Program-made: the position numbers and the translations under genes
Notes under the pieces: model-generated
What the model was told of the DNA's origin: nothing
The model's input: only the letters and a program-made list of their open reading frames with translations
Databases searched by the model: none
Origin: Octopus bimaculoides
Lineage: Eukaryota
Direction: 5' to 3'
Length of the DNA: 64,000 nucleotides
Assembly: GCF_001194135.2 (NCBI RefSeq)
Contig: NC_068987.1
Location: 49,672,518-49,736,517, forward strand
Part shown: piece after piece, positions 62,865-64,000 of the stretch
Layout: every line of letters starts with the position of its first letter
Position numbering within the stretch: position 1 is the first letter of the stretch

Positions 62865-63935
62865 GAAAGATGGCATACTTAGATGGATTTGGCTATTTAA
62901 CATTCTCTTCCCCTGGGAGCTCCTCTATGCTGATGACCTTGCACTAATTGCGGAGTCACTATCAGAACTAGAGGAGAAGTTTCAGGTGTGGAAGCAAGGA
63001 CTAGAATCGAAGGGCCTTAGAGTCAACCTAGCTAAAACCAAAATCCTAATAAGTAGGAAGGTAGATAAAACACAAACCCCTTCAGGTAGATGGCCCTGCT
63101 CAGTATGTAGAAAATGAGTAGGTAGTAACTCTATAAGATGTACCCGGTGCAAGCTATGGACACATAAGAGGTGCAGCAATATCAAAGGCAGGTTAACTAG
63201 GCAGTTATTTTTTGTATGTGGCAGATGTTCAGGTGCAATAAACACTGTTAACNNNNNNNNNNNNNNNNNNNNNNNNNNNNNNNNNNNNNNNNNNNNNNNN
63301 NNNNNNNNNNNNNNNNNNNNNNNNNNNNNNNNNNNNNNNNNNNNNNNNNNNNNNNNNNNNNNNNNNNNNNNNNNNNNNNNNNNNNNNNNNNNNNNNNNNN
63401 NNNNNNNNNNNNNNNNNNNNNNNNNNNNNNNNNNNNNNNNNNNNNNNNNNNNNNNNNNNNNNNNNNNNNNNNNNNNNNNNNNNNNNNNNNNNNNNNNNNN
63501 NNNNNNNNNNNNNNNNNNNNNNNNNNNNNNNNNNNNNNNNNNNNNNNNNNNNNNNNNNNNNNNNNNGCTCTTGTGCGGGTGGCACATAAAATACACCATT
63601 TTGAGTGTGGCCGTTGCCAGTACCGCCTGACTGGCCTTCGTAGGATTTTCGAGCGAGGTCGTTGCCAGTGCCCCTGGACTGGCTCTTGTGCGGGTGGCAC
63701 ATAAAAAACACCATTTTGAGCGTGGCCGTTGCCAGTACTGCCTGAAAGGCCTTCGTGCGGGTGACACGTAAAAGCACCCACTACACTCTGTGAGTGGTTG
63801 GTGTTAGGAATGGCATCCAGCTGTAGAAACTCTGCCAAATTAGATTGGAGCCTGGTGTTGCCATCCGGTTTCACCAGTCCTCAGTCAAATCGTCCAACCC
63901 ATGCTAGCATGGAAAGCGGACTTTAAACGATGATG
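62865..63935 (+). mobile_element. RTE-type LINE 3' portion with Cys-rich domain, tandem 3' repeats and SINE-shared tail
   Basis: PWELLYADDLALIAE...GLRVNLAKTK; WPCSVC..NSIRCTRCKLWTHKRC. The tail CCATGCTAGCATGGAAAGCGGAC...ATGATGAT is also found inverted at ~4840-4890. Confidence 0.88.
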
Positions 63936-64000
63936 ATATTTTGTTTGAATTATATTTACCTTTTAAAGCTTTTTTATTCCTTTCTTTACAAACAATATTA

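Noticed and set aside
63229-63874. Long minus-strand ORFs with repeated motifs
   Set aside because: They are antisense translations of the 114-bp tandem units and read through a gap.

Overview
This is an AT-rich, gapped eukaryotic scaffold, most likely Octopus. That assignment is inferred from tRNA/CORE/V-domain SINE families, RTE LINEs, dense (TA)/(CA)/(TATG) microsatellites and mollusc-like proteins. Two complete housekeeping genes sit head-to-head about 420 bp apart. RPL3 is on the minus strand (8 coding exons, 53961->49188, 402 aa, TATA box plus TCT/5'TOP start). NDUFB10 is on the plus strand (4 exons, 54410->62567, 163 aa). A gene of unknown function (about 370 aa predicted) lies on the minus strand at about 28-30.5 kb. 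The rest is largely decayed mobile DNA: hAT, mariner/Tc1, Merlin, RTE, L1/Tx1, Penelope, MITEs and SINEs. The most interesting observations are four. (1) The RPL3-NDUFB10 divergent pair mirrors human RPL3L-NDUFB10, suggesting ancient microsynteny. (2) RPL3 intron 3 has a cryptic, hairpin-embedded 3' splice site followed by a premature stop, resembling the RPL3 splicing/NMD autoregulation known in mammals. (3) A tRNA-headed repeat carries an intact minimal hammerhead ribozyme. (4) A 300-bp loopless palindrome is built from two Penelope-like ends. All alignments and folds were done by eye. No database searches or folding programs were run, and repeat boundaries are approximate.
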